Shown one piece after another: positions 17,997-26,828 of a DNA stretch of 57,822 nucleotides. The translations under genes were made by a program, and so were the position numbers. The stretch lies in the IMG/VR virus record IMGVR_UViG_3300043640_000164, positions 1 through 57,822 of that record. One strand, 5' to 3'. Within the stretch, counting starts at the first letter, position 1; every line of letters begins with the position of its first letter. The notes beneath the pieces are model-generated. The model made no database searches and had not been told where the DNA came from. It was given only the letters and a program-made list of their open reading frames with translations. The DNA comes from a virus. Taxonomy: Duplodnaviria; Caudoviricetes.

Positions 17997-18250
17997 CGGT
18001 CGACCTCGGTCAGGGTGGCGGCGATCTCTGCGGTGACCTCGCTCAGCGCCAAGTCGGCCACGACACGCTCTGCCTGCTTGAACATGACGTCCGGGACGCT
18101 GATGTCCACCGCGAAGAACACGGTGGGCAGGAAGTCCCCAGGTCTACCGCTCCCGGTCAGCGGACGCGGATTGGACTTTGTCGCCGCCGCCACCCTGGGC
18201 TTGCGGCCGTTGGCCGTCTTGGCAACCCGCATGTAGATGGTGGCCTTCAT
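17993..18250 (-). CDS. Hypothetical protein
   Basis: ATGA-coupled ORF. Confidence 0.6.
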   Translation of the reverse strand: MKATIYMRVAKTANGRKPRVAAATKSNPRPLTGSGRPGDFLPTVFFAVDISVPDVMFKQAERVVADLALSEVTAEIAATLTEVDR

Positions 18251-19113
18251 GCCGCCACCGCCTCGGAGACGATGCGTGTCGGCGCCGACTTCCGGATTGC
18301 CTCAATGAGCCCTTGCTGATGGCGGTAGATGCTCATCACCGAACGCCACATGGCGGGCGTACCCTGGCTCTCGTGGATCTCGTACCGGCCGTCGTGTCCA
18401 AGCGCGAGGATCAGGATGCTGGCCGGCGGTGACGCACCGCACGCCGCGTCGGCCATGGCATACGCGATCGTCTGCAAGTGATGTTCGGCGTACACGGAGC
18501 CCCGGGTGTTGGTCTTCAAGTCCAGCAGTGCTGAGACGTTGTCGATGTGCACCCGAGCATCGAGACGGCCGGCATAGCCCAACTCCGGATGAGCGACGAG
18601 GCGCTCGATGCCGTCCTCGTCGGGCACGACGTGGTACGTGCTCAGGAACCGCATCAGCGCGAAGATGAAGCCGTGCCAGTCCTGCGGGTAATTGGACAAC
18701 TCGGGCATCTCGCCATAGCGCAAGAAGCGTTCCAAGATGGTGTGGATGGCGGTACCGCGACCGGCGCTCAGCTTCGCCACGGCCTCGGCGCCGTAGCCGA
18801 GGCCGCGCAGAGTGGTGACGCATTCGGCCGGCGGGATGCCCTGGAGGGCCCCGACTCGTTCAAGCGCGACCGCGACCTCTGCGCCCTGGGCCTCATACCA
18901 CCGCAGAAGCGAAGGCTTCGGCACGACCTTGCTGAGGATCGTTGTGACCGATGGCAGTTCGCAGCGAACACCATCGGGCGACTCCAGGTGGTAGCAGCGG
19001 CGCGCGCGGAGGCGCGGGGTGCCCTTCAAGGTCGGCGACCCGATGGGCTGGTCATCAAAGGTGATCAGCCCGACACCGGGCACCTCGCGCTCAATATGTA
19101 CCGCTTCGTCCAC
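18247..19113 (-). CDS. PD-(D/E)XK exonuclease (RecE/Cas4-like)
   Basis: LPSVTTIL, RGTAIH, IE, YAGRLD, LLDLKT, LQ..AY. Confidence 0.85.
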   Translation of the reverse strand: MDEAVHIEREVPGVGLITFDDQPIGSPTLKGTPRLRARRCYHLESPDGVRCELPSVTTILSKVVPKPSLLRWYEAQGAEVAVALERVGALQGIPPAECVTTLRGLGYGAEAVAKLSAGRGTAIHTILERFLRYGEMPELSNYPQDWHGFIFALMRFLSTYHVVPDEDGIERLVAHPELGYAGRLDARVHIDNVSALLDLKTNTRGSVYAEHHLQTIAYAMADAACGASPPASILILALGHDGRYEIHESQGTPAMWRSVMSIYRHQQGLIEAIRKSAPTRIVSEAVAA

Positions 19114-19324
19114 GCTTCGCCTTGCAGTTGTGCTTGGAGTACAGGGGCACGCCGAGCCGTCGCAGATGCTCCGCGGCCGGCAAGTCGTTTTTCATGGCGA
19201 ACCCGTGAGCGATGGAGATCGTTCCTCCATCGGGGTCCGGAGTTGCGTTGAGCCGGATCGGCCCGTCGCTAGGACTAGGTGCCGACCGGACCCGCGCGCC
19301 GCAGCGCCGACAGGTGCCGTACAT
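19091..19324 (-). CDS. Small zinc-finger protein
   Basis: CRRCGA...HNC. Confidence 0.6.
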   Translation of the reverse strand: MYGTCRRCGARVRSAPSPSDGPIRLNATPDPDGGTISIAHGFAMKNDLPAAEHLRRLGVPLYSKHNCKAKRGRSGTY

Positions 19325-19333
19325 CGCCGCGAC

Positions 19334-20332
19334 TCACGTCACGCACTTCGCGGCAATGGCCGCGACAAAGGACTTGGCCTGAGCCTTCGTGATCCTGCCT
19401 ACCGCTTCGTGTGGATCACTGACCTTCTGCACGCCGCAGTCGATGAGCGCATAGAGCACGAACTGACGGCCCGCGCCGACCGCGCGAAGATAGTCGGTGA
19501 TCTCCTTAGCCTCGACCGGAGACACCTTGCTGTTGTCGTCACCCTTGATGACGGGCGGACGTGCGTCTTCCGCGGCCTGCGAATCGCGGGCATCCTCGTC
19601 GTCGGGGGCTAGCCCGACCTCGGGAACGTCCGGTGTCAGCAGAGCGCCGAGGACGCGAGGGGGTGCCTCGGCAGGCGGCGGCGTGGAGGTGTAGTTCACC
19701 GGCGTTGCCGTGGTCGACGTCGAGGCGCCAGCGGGCTCGGGCAGCTTGCGCGGAAGCAGGACTTCGGCAGGGTGGATGATCTCGCCGTCTTCCCCGACCT
19801 CCGCGCCAAGCTCGTCGGGTGTGTAGACCGGTCCGCCAAACACGTCGGGCGTGTGCCATTTCGCGCCGTTGCTGAGCGCCCGCGAGAACAGCATGTTCTT
19901 GGGGAACTTGGTGTACATGTCCGACGACGTCAGCTTCGCCGTCTTCGCGTCGTCCATGGAGAACGACGAGGAGCCGATGACCTCACCGCCCTCGTAAAAG
20001 TCGATGGAGCACACTTGCCCGGTGTGCTCGGTCACGCGAAACGTGTAGTTCGGGTGGCGCTTGATCGCCGACGCCATGATGTTGGCGCTGAGCGTGACCT
20101 TGCCCTTGATGATGTTCACCCCGGTCATCGAGGCGATGGGGCCGACGCCCAGCTCGCGGCCGGCAAGCATCTTCGTAACCGCCTGCGCCATCCCGCGCGC
20201 ATCGGAGAAAAAGCCCGAGGCGGCCAAGACCTCGGCTAGGCGCATCGATTCGTCCAGGCTGAAATTGACGGACGCGACGGGAGTGCCCGTCACGGTTCCG
20301 TTGGGGGAACGTGCAAGGGTCGTACCGGTCAT
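19334..20332 (-). CDS. RecT-like single-strand annealing protein
   Basis: GRELGVGP..S...IIKGK, KFPKNML.SRA, PDV.GG.YTPDEL; next to the exonuclease gene. Confidence 0.78.
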   Translation of the reverse strand: MTGTTLARSPNGTVTGTPVASVNFSLDESMRLAEVLAASGFFSDARGMAQAVTKMLAGRELGVGPIASMTGVNIIKGKVTLSANIMASAIKRHPNYTFRVTEHTGQVCSIDFYEGGEVIGSSSFSMDDAKTAKLTSSDMYTKFPKNMLFSRALSNGAKWHTPDVFGGPVYTPDELGAEVGEDGEIIHPAEVLLPRKLPEPAGASTSTTATPVNYTSTPPPAEAPPRVLGALLTPDVPEVGLAPDDEDARDSQAAEDARPPVIKGDDNSKVSPVEAKEITDYLRAVGAGRQFVLYALIDCGVQKVSDPHEAVGRITKAQAKSFVAAIAAKCVT

Positions 20333-20799
20333 CGAGTCCCGCCGTCGTATTGGGCACCCTGGGCGAGTCGCGGCGCGACCTCCAGAATGTCGAGATCGTA
20401 GAAGCGCGCGATCTTGTAGGCCGACTCGCGGTGGATGTTGGAGCCGGCCTCTGCGCGCAGAAGAGTGGTGCGCGAGATGCCGATGCGCGCTGCGGCTTCA
20501 AGGCTGGTGAGATGCAGCTCGTGGCGGCGGCGCCGCAGCGCAGAATCCCACGGCGTTGGGCGGTACTGTCCAGCACTGCCCACCAAAAGGTCAGAGGGGT
20601 GAACGTTCAGCGCACGCGCGAGGCGAGCGAGACTTGCGTCAGTGAGGGTGGACCGGCCGCGCTCCGCGTTGGCGATCGTCTTGTCCATCACGCCCGCCTT
20701 TCGGGCGAGCGCTCGGACTGTTAGTCCGGCGCGTAGACGCTCAACGAAGAGGGCCTGCCCTGCGTGATTCGACCTCTCCCCGAGGTGCAGTGCTCCCAT
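20329..20799 (-). CDS. Cro-like regulator with two tandem XRE HTH domains
   Basis: LTVRALARKAGV..TIANAERG and LTSLEAAARIGISRTTLLRAEAG; first gene of the leftward early operon. Confidence 0.85.
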   Translation of the reverse strand: MGALHLGERSNHAGQALFVERLRAGLTVRALARKAGVMDKTIANAERGRSTLTDASLARLARALNVHPSDLLVGSAGQYRPTPWDSALRRRRHELHLTSLEAAARIGISRTTLLRAEAGSNIHRESAYKIARFYDLDILEVAPRLAQGAQYDGGTR

Positions 20800-20911
20800 G
20801 AGCCATATGTACCAGCCCTGAGCTATTTGGGTCGCGTTTTACGTCATCATGGACCGCCATTGGTCATCGAAATCCGTATTCGTCCACCATGGTCCGTATA
20901 CTGCGCCAGTC
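20800..20911. promoter_or_regulatory. Divergent lysis/lysogeny switch region
   Basis: AT-richer gap between divergent HTH genes; -10-like TATACT at 20897 close to ATG 20912. Confidence 0.6.
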
Positions 20912-21424
20912 ATGTCAGGCTATGAACCTCCCACGGGGGCGGCTGAGATGGACCATGAGAACGAGAGTGCCAGCGTCAGGCCCGGCGCCGAAGGTCGGAG
21001 GCAGCGATCAGGGGCGCTCCGCGTGCGCCACGACTCCGCTGCCCGCATCCGGGCCGCGCGCGCCTTCGGCAACCGCTCCCAGGGGAAGATGGCAGCGGCG
21101 CTTGGCCTCTCCCTTGCGACCTACAAACGCCTCGAACGCGGGCTACGCGAGGCCTCGGTAGACGAGCAGATCAGCCTCGCCGAATGTACCGGCGTGCCGC
21201 TCTGGTTCCTTCAGGTGGGATTCGCTGGCGGCGACGACGACGAGCAGCGCCGGGAGCTTCTTGTCGCGCTGCTGCGCTCGCTCGATGACCGTTTCGCCGG
21301 GATCGTTACCGACGTGGTCGCCGGAGTCTCCGAGGTCGAGCGAGTTCACGCTCGATCAGAGCGGCGACGTAGTCGAGCAACAGCCGCTGCGCGGTTGTCA
21401 GCGGCGCAGGTGGATGACGGGTGA
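20912..21424 (+). CDS. Immunity repressor (XRE HTH)
   Basis: RIRAAR..SQGKMAAALGLSLATYKRLERG; divergent from the Cro-like gene; start uncertain (20912 or 20948). Confidence 0.78.
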   Translation: MSGYEPPTGAAEMDHENESASVRPGAEGRRQRSGALRVRHDSAARIRAARAFGNRSQGKMAAALGLSLATYKRLERGLREASVDEQISLAECTGVPLWFLQVGFAGGDDDEQRRELLVALLRSLDDRFAGIVTDVVAGVSEVERVHARSERRRSRATAAARLSAAQVDDG

Positions 21425-21702
21425 GGACGGCGCGGATGTTCGCGACCAGGTCTCGGACATCATCGGCACCGGTGCGTTCTGGCGGAAGGTTCGTCATGGG
21501 ATCGACGCTCGCACGGTGTGGACCGGGGACGCGGATGTGGACCGTATCAGGCGTCTGAAACAGTCGTGTTCCGAAACGAGGGACCCGCCTCCGGAACGAC
21601 AACGAGCCCCGGCGTCGCTGCCCCTTGGTGTCCTCAGCGCAGGACAGGGCAGCGAGCACCAGGGCTCGAAGGAACAGCATATGGGGTGGGGCTATCGGGG
21701 GA

Positions 21703-22020
21703 CTACAGAGTTCCGCCCACGCCCGGGAGCGAGTCGGGCGCGGGCGCGGGCGCGGCATCGACCGCGGCATCGACCGCGGCCAGCTTGGCGGCGACCTCCG
21801 TCCGTTGCTCGGCGGCCACCTGCTCGTCGTCCTTGCCGGCCCAGCGCGCGTCGTCGTCGGCGAACACGTAGTCGCGCAGGTCGGCGTAGCCCGCGACGAT
21901 CTCCTCCACCTCGCCACCGTTGTCCTCCGTCAACACGCGTTCCACGATTGGGATCCCGACGACCATCCTGTACAACTTGGCGCTCCGGTCGTGGACGTGA
22001 TCGACTACCACGTAACTCAT
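21703..22020 (-). CDS. Hypothetical protein (possible fibre assembly factor)
   Basis: ATGA-coupled to the tail fibre gene. Confidence 0.6.
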   Translation of the reverse strand: MSYVVVDHVHDRSAKLYRMVVGIPIVERVLTEDNGGEVEEIVAGYADLRDYVFADDDARWAGKDDEQVAAEQRTEVAAKLAAVDAAVDAAPAPAPDSLPGVGGTL

Positions 22021-22967
22021 GCGACCCTCACGATGAAGTTGTCCGCCTCGTAGGGCGAGAGGTTGTTGTGGCCGACGCCAGAACCGTTGCTCTGGATGCT
22101 GATGCCCGTCGTGCTGGAGACCACAACGCCGGTTGTGTTCGTAAACGCAGCCGGGTAATAGTTGTTCATGTTCAGGGCACCAGTGCCCATCGGCGTGATG
22201 TCGCCGCCCTTCAGGGAATGGCCGTGACCAGGGTCGGTGACGCCGTGGCCGTGGGCAGCAAGCTCGGTCGTCAGCAGGACGTGCGCGGCTTCCCCCCCGT
22301 GGCCGCCCCTGGCCACCTGCGCTCGTGTGTTGTCACTGCCCGAGATGGCGACGACACCGTTCAGGCCATCGGTGCCCATGCTCGTGGCTCCGACCGCAAC
22401 GCGTCCCCGCTTGTCAGGGATCCGCACCATGCCGCTGCCAGGATCCACGCCGCCGTTGTAGGCGTGACCTACGGCGGCGAAGAACGCGGCGTACGTCGTC
22501 CGGTTGATGAGGCGCCCATCGGCGAGCAGCCAGTCGCCGCCGGACGGATCGCCCGTGCCGGCAAACGCAAGAATGCCTCCGACCGGGACGACGCCGTGGA
22601 CAGTGCTCAACCGAATGTCATCGGTGAAGACGACAGCCGACGCCGCGCGGCCGTTGATCGAGGCGACTGTCGGGTTCGGGTAGGTGCCGGCGAGGTCGCC
22701 GCCCGCGGTGCCATCGGGCCTACGCGAGTCGACCAAGCGCGAGTCGGTGGCATAGATCAACGCCGACACCGCTCTGCCGTTGAGGGTGACGACTGTCGGG
22801 TTCGGGTAGGTGCCGGCGAGGTCGCCGCCCGCGGTGCCGCTCGGCGGGCCGATCACGACTTCAAGTCGGTCGGTCAACTCCCGCATGATGTCGTCGCCCT
22901 CGGAAAGAAGGTCGGCACCAGAGCCAGGGCGCGGAAGATGCAGTAGCGGGGTATAGGTCTTCGGCAT
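22017..22967 (-). CDS. Tail fibre with a tail-collar domain
   Basis: PVGGILAFAG..WLLADG...YAAFFAAVG..Y..RIPDKRGR collar; HNNLSPY...FIVR end. Confidence 0.88.
   Translation of the reverse strand: MPKTYTPLLHLPRPGSGADLLSEGDDIMRELTDRLEVVIGPPSGTAGGDLAGTYPNPTVVTLNGRAVSALIYATDSRLVDSRRPDGTAGGDLAGTYPNPTVASINGRAASAVVFTDDIRLSTVHGVVPVGGILAFAGTGDPSGGDWLLADGRLINRTTYAAFFAAVGHAYNGGVDPGSGMVRIPDKRGRVAVGATSMGTDGLNGVVAISGSDNTRAQVARGGHGGEAAHVLLTTELAAHGHGVTDPGHGHSLKGGDITPMGTGALNMNNYYPAAFTNTTGVVVSSTTGISIQSNGSGVGHNNLSPYEADNFIVRVA
22664..22838. repeat. 49-bp perfect direct repeat, two copies (22664-22712, 22790-22838)
   Basis: Encodes GTAGGDLAGTYPNPTV twice, 126 bp apart. Confidence 0.9.
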
Positions 22968-22982
22968 CGAGTTGTCCTTGTC

Positions 22983-23573
22983 CTAGTTTTCGTCCCAGGA
23001 GCCGGTCGCGGCATCCCAGGCGATGTCGGCCTCGTCCCAGATGTCGCCGCTGCTGGCGACGATCTCCACGTGCATCCCGGCGGGTACCGCGTCGGGCGCA
23101 TTGGCCGCGAGGTAGAGGGCGTCCACGTCCGGGGCCTCGGCGACGATCACTCTGGCGGCCAGCTTCCACGGAGAGTCATCAACCCACTCCACGATGGACA
23201 CGTACCTGGTCCCGATGAGACGCGCCTGCATGGCGGTAACCAATGCCGAGTAGGCGCCGCGTAGCATTCCCCGTGGTCGCACGACCTCGGCGCGAGCGCG
23301 CAGGAGATAGGCGGTGTCGTCTTCGCCCGGCTGACGGCGCGGCATAGTCCCACCCGTCCATTGTGCGGCGTGCGGGAGTGCCCACAGCGGCGCGGTCGAC
23401 GGATCGGTCAACGCCTCCCAGGGGTAGGGCGTGGCGTCCGTGCCATAGGCGACATCGGCCGCACGCTCAAGGTCGCTCATCCATGACGTGATGAGGATGG
23501 CCAGCAACGCGTCGGACTCCTCGTCGGCGCGCAGCTGCGGAAGTAGGGCTAGCACTCGCCCTGCGGCGGTCAT
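22983..23573 (-). CDS. Baseplate wedge protein (P2 gpI-like)
   Basis: DP.TAP.WALP.AAQW.G motif; follows baseplate J. Confidence 0.72.
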   Translation of the reverse strand: MTAAGRVLALLPQLRADEESDALLAILITSWMSDLERAADVAYGTDATPYPWEALTDPSTAPLWALPHAAQWTGGTMPRRQPGEDDTAYLLRARAEVVRPRGMLRGAYSALVTAMQARLIGTRYVSIVEWVDDSPWKLAARVIVAEAPDVDALYLAANAPDAVPAGMHVEIVASSGDIWDEADIAWDAATGSWDEN

Positions 23574-24745
23574 GCGACCTCGGCCTCCACGGAGGTCAGG
23601 TGCGGGAGCGGCGCGTAGCCCAACATTGGCACGGACTCCGCGCCGTTGATCGTCACGTCAGTCACCCCCGCCACGCCGGCCACGGCCGCAACGACCGTTG
23701 AGATGTCGTACTCGCGTACCGGCCGGTCCACGTCCGAGGTCGGCACGCGCCAACGCCCGCCCAGGTCTTCGTCTACGTCCCAGCCCTGGGGCAGGAAGTA
23801 GGCGGTTACGGCGGCCTCGACGTCGGCGAGCACCGCGGCGGTGTCCTCGATGCCCTCGGCCAGCCGGACGGTCACATGCACGGACAGGTCGGCGTAGGTC
23901 GGCGCCCCAAGATGCACGCGAACTGCCAGGGGGCGATCGTCGGTGTTGAACAAGGCGGTGAGCGCGGCGAGCGGAGTGCCTGTCAGAGCCGAGCCATCCG
24001 CGGTGATCGCGAAGACGGAAACGTGTCCATCGCTGGACGGCGGGTCGCCATCCGCAGGCGGATTGTCCAAGTCCAGGAGGTTGATCGCTACCGCACGATC
24101 CACCTCGGGAATATCCAGCGCCGCTGCCGCAAAGTCGTCGGCGGTGACCGGGATGGCACGAATGCGACGGGCGCGGTCCGCGACGCGATTCACGTAGTCG
24201 TCCAGGGGCTCCTCGGCGGCGCCGCCCGAGGACTCCAACGCGAACGTGACGGACGCCACGCCGGGCGCGATGTCGTCGAATTCGGCCGCGTCGCCAACGA
24301 CGCCGTTGCCGCCTTCGCCGGGCTCCAGCGCGGCCATGGCGACGCTCGCGGTGAGAGTCAACGGCGGTACGTACATGTCGCCGGTCGTGGCGAATGCGAC
24401 GGGCTCTCCGGTCAGCGTTGAGTCCCAGACCGCCTCACTGCCGGCCGGGATGGTGACGCCCTCGGGATTGTCGGTGATCGTCCAGGTGGCGATGCCGGCG
24501 GCGATGCCAGCGACGCCACGCGGGAGGCCGAGGATGAGGGTCCCGAACCCGGCGTAGTTGTTGCGTTCCTCGTCCTTGAGCAACGTGGCGATGGTCGCTG
24601 AGACCACCCCCATCGCCTCACTCATGGAGGTCTCAGGGCTGCCCTCGGACGGCTCCCAGTTGGGGATCTGATCTGCGAGCGACCCAAGGATGAACTCGGC
24701 GGCCTGCGTCTCGTCGCTGACGACGTCAGGATCTAGGTAGGTCAC
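23570..24745 (-). CDS. Baseplate J/gp47 family protein
   Basis: TIPAG, ALEPG..GN, GGAAEE...Y..R, VTADDF, GV.GV motifs. Confidence 0.9.
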   Translation of the reverse strand: MTYLDPDVVSDETQAAEFILGSLADQIPNWEPSEGSPETSMSEAMGVVSATIATLLKDEERNNYAGFGTLILGLPRGVAGIAAGIATWTITDNPEGVTIPAGSEAVWDSTLTGEPVAFATTGDMYVPPLTLTASVAMAALEPGEGGNGVVGDAAEFDDIAPGVASVTFALESSGGAAEEPLDDYVNRVADRARRIRAIPVTADDFAAAALDIPEVDRAVAINLLDLDNPPADGDPPSSDGHVSVFAITADGSALTGTPLAALTALFNTDDRPLAVRVHLGAPTYADLSVHVTVRLAEGIEDTAAVLADVEAAVTAYFLPQGWDVDEDLGGRWRVPTSDVDRPVREYDISTVVAAVAGVAGVTDVTINGAESVPMLGYAPLPHLTSVEAEVA

Positions 24746-25104
24746 TGGGATTGGTCCTCGCCAACTAGTGCTACGTGTACGAGGACGGTCTGGCGGCCGG
24801 TGCCGTCTGGCTCGTTGACCGAGACAGAGACCACGGCACGATCCTCGAAGGTCATAAGCTGCGCGGCCAGCACGTCGGGCTCTACACCCTGCGGCAGGAA
24901 CACCGACTCTTGAATCCCGACAGTGGGGGCGAGCGGCCGATCGCCGGGGTGGGTGGCGAGCAGCAACTGAACGGATTGCTGAACGTCGCCGAGCGAGTCT
25001 TGTGCTACATATTGCAGCGGGGCATGGTCGACCTGACCGGGCAAGTCACCGCCGGTGGTCAGCCGAAAAGGCCACCGCAGGTGCGGTGTCTCAATGGCAG
25101 GCAT
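24742..25104 (-). CDS. Baseplate wedge gp25/gpW-like protein
   Basis: WPFR, LLLAT.PGDRP..P.VG, FE.R motifs. Confidence 0.8.
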   Translation of the reverse strand: MPAIETPHLRWPFRLTTGGDLPGQVDHAPLQYVAQDSLGDVQQSVQLLLATHPGDRPLAPTVGIQESVFLPQGVEPDVLAAQLMTFEDRAVVSVSVNEPDGTGRQTVLVHVALVGEDQSQ

Positions 25105-25181
25105 GTAGTCCTAGGGGTTGCTCGGCTAGCCGAGGCGGACAAAGGTGACGCGGAGCCAGCAGTTGGTGGAGCACATCGGGC

Positions 25182-26822
25182 TCACCCGACCCTCAACGGG
25201 GTGGCGGTCATCCAGCGATTCAGCATGGCGGGGTTGACGCCCGCCGTTCCCGCGTTTCGATAGCGGGACGCGATCGTTACGGCTCCGAGGCCGGCCTTTC
25301 GGCGACGGCGGGAGATGCTGGCAAGGTGGCTGCCCGCGTGCGAGTCCTGGTAGAAGCGACAGGCGTCGGCGTCGGCAGCGGCGGTAGCCCCGATGGCGTA
25401 GGACATACGGATGTCGGCCGTGTTCACCGTGGTCGGCATGTTGATGTATGCCTCAAAGCCGATGTCCACGATGTAGTCCCCTGCGAGCGGGAGCGTGATG
25501 GACGGGCCTGCGGTCGGTCCTGCGGCGTAGACCGCCGACGTGATGTTCTCGTTGGTGGTCTGCTCATCCGAAAGCGGACCGCCGCCGATGACCTCCCACT
25601 TGTAGGAGCCCGCGATGGTCGAGTCGTAACGCAGATGCCACGCGGGCTGCCCTGCGGTCTTCATCGCCGCGGTGCGGAAGTAGACCTCGTCACCATCAGT
25701 GGGACCGACCGGGAGCGTGGTGACGAGCGGGATAATCGACTTGCCAGCGGGGAAGGACGCCTGGTCCGTCCCGAAGCTGGATGTCCCAAAGTCGGTGTAG
25801 ACGGCGTTCACAGCCGAGACGTCACCATTGGTACTGACCGTGATGAACGCCGGGGCACCGTTTGAGACGACAGACAGGTTGAGCGCGCGCAGTGGTCGAT
25901 AGCCGACCGGCAGTGTGAACGCGATTCCGTTGGCCGTGCCGCTCTTGACCACACCCTCGATGTGGACGAAGCCTGCCGGGTCCTTGCGGAAACGCGCCGG
26001 GCGCGCTGCGTCAAAGCCGACCCAACCATTTTGGTAGACAGGCTCACCGGTCGTGCCGACGACATGCCATGCCTCCTGCGTGACGGAGGCCACCGGCCCC
26101 GTTGCACCAGTCGCACCCTGGGAAGCGACCAGCGCCCAGTTAGTGACATCGACGTCCGGCGTTGGCGCAGACGTGGTGCCCGCCAGGAGGCGACGGTAGG
26201 AGCTACCGTTGTATAGGACAGCATCATTGACGGCGTAGGCGGTGAGCCCCGACCACGTGCCCCGCCACGTGAGCCCTGCGGGTCCGATCGCCCCGGCGGT
26301 GCCTGTCGCGCCCGTAGCGCCCGCGGGCCCGGTCGCACCCGTAGCGCCGGCAGCGCCGGCAGCGCCCGCGGGCCCGGTCGCACCTGTCGGACCAGGTACC
26401 CCCGGTACACCGTCGGCACCGTCAGCGCCATCGGCTCCGGAAGGGCCGGCGGGACCGGTGTCGCCGGTGTCGCCCTTGGGGCCGCGCGGTCCCTCGGGCC
26501 CCTCCGGTCCGGGAGGACCGGGCTCACCATCGCCACCGTCGCCAGGGCTCGACCCGTCGGTGTCCGGTTCGCCGTTCCACCAGCAGACCACCCACAGGTT
26601 GCCCTCGTCGCTCTCGCAGCAGAGTGCGGCGTCGCCGGCCGCGGGGGCAGGGCCGGGCTGAGCCAGCCATGGACATGCACGAACGTAGCCGTGCTGAGCG
26701 TCGACGACGACGCGCAGGAAGTTGTCCGCGTCGAAGACGGGGTCACAAACCGTGGCCTCCAACATCACCGAGGGCAACGTCGCGCGCGCCCGGTCGCGAC
26801 CGAGATCAGAGAGAGTCGTCAT
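25182..26822 (-). CDS. Spike-position protein with collagen-like repeats and receptor-binding-like domains
   Basis: N-terminal OB-like segment (P..GD..L..W), long Gly-X-Y run, WRGTW...YAVNDAV.YNGSSY, FTLPVGYRP. Confidence 0.75.
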   Translation of the reverse strand: MTTLSDLGRDRARATLPSVMLEATVCDPVFDADNFLRVVVDAQHGYVRACPWLAQPGPAPAAGDAALCCESDEGNLWVVCWWNGEPDTDGSSPGDGGDGEPGPPGPEGPEGPRGPKGDTGDTGPAGPSGADGADGADGVPGVPGPTGATGPAGAAGAAGATGATGPAGATGATGTAGAIGPAGLTWRGTWSGLTAYAVNDAVLYNGSSYRRLLAGTTSAPTPDVDVTNWALVASQGATGATGPVASVTQEAWHVVGTTGEPVYQNGWVGFDAARPARFRKDPAGFVHIEGVVKSGTANGIAFTLPVGYRPLRALNLSVVSNGAPAFITVSTNGDVSAVNAVYTDFGTSSFGTDQASFPAGKSIIPLVTTLPVGPTDGDEVYFRTAAMKTAGQPAWHLRYDSTIAGSYKWEVIGGGPLSDEQTTNENITSAVYAAGPTAGPSITLPLAGDYIVDIGFEAYINMPTTVNTADIRMSYAIGATAAADADACRFYQDSHAGSHLASISRRRRKAGLGAVTIASRYRNAGTAGVNPAMLNRWMTATPLRVG

Positions 26823-26828
26823 GTAGAC

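Noticed and set aside
18247-19113. Cas4 as part of a CRISPR system
   Set aside because: It sits beside a RecT-like gene, so it is a recombination exonuclease; no array or other cas genes
26270-26530. Nucleotide repeats in the spike gene
   Set aside because: Explained by collagen Gly-X-Y coding
22017-26822. Diversity-generating retroelement or invertible fibre cassette
   Set aside because: No reverse transcriptase, no adenine-variant repeat pair and no inverted fibre copies
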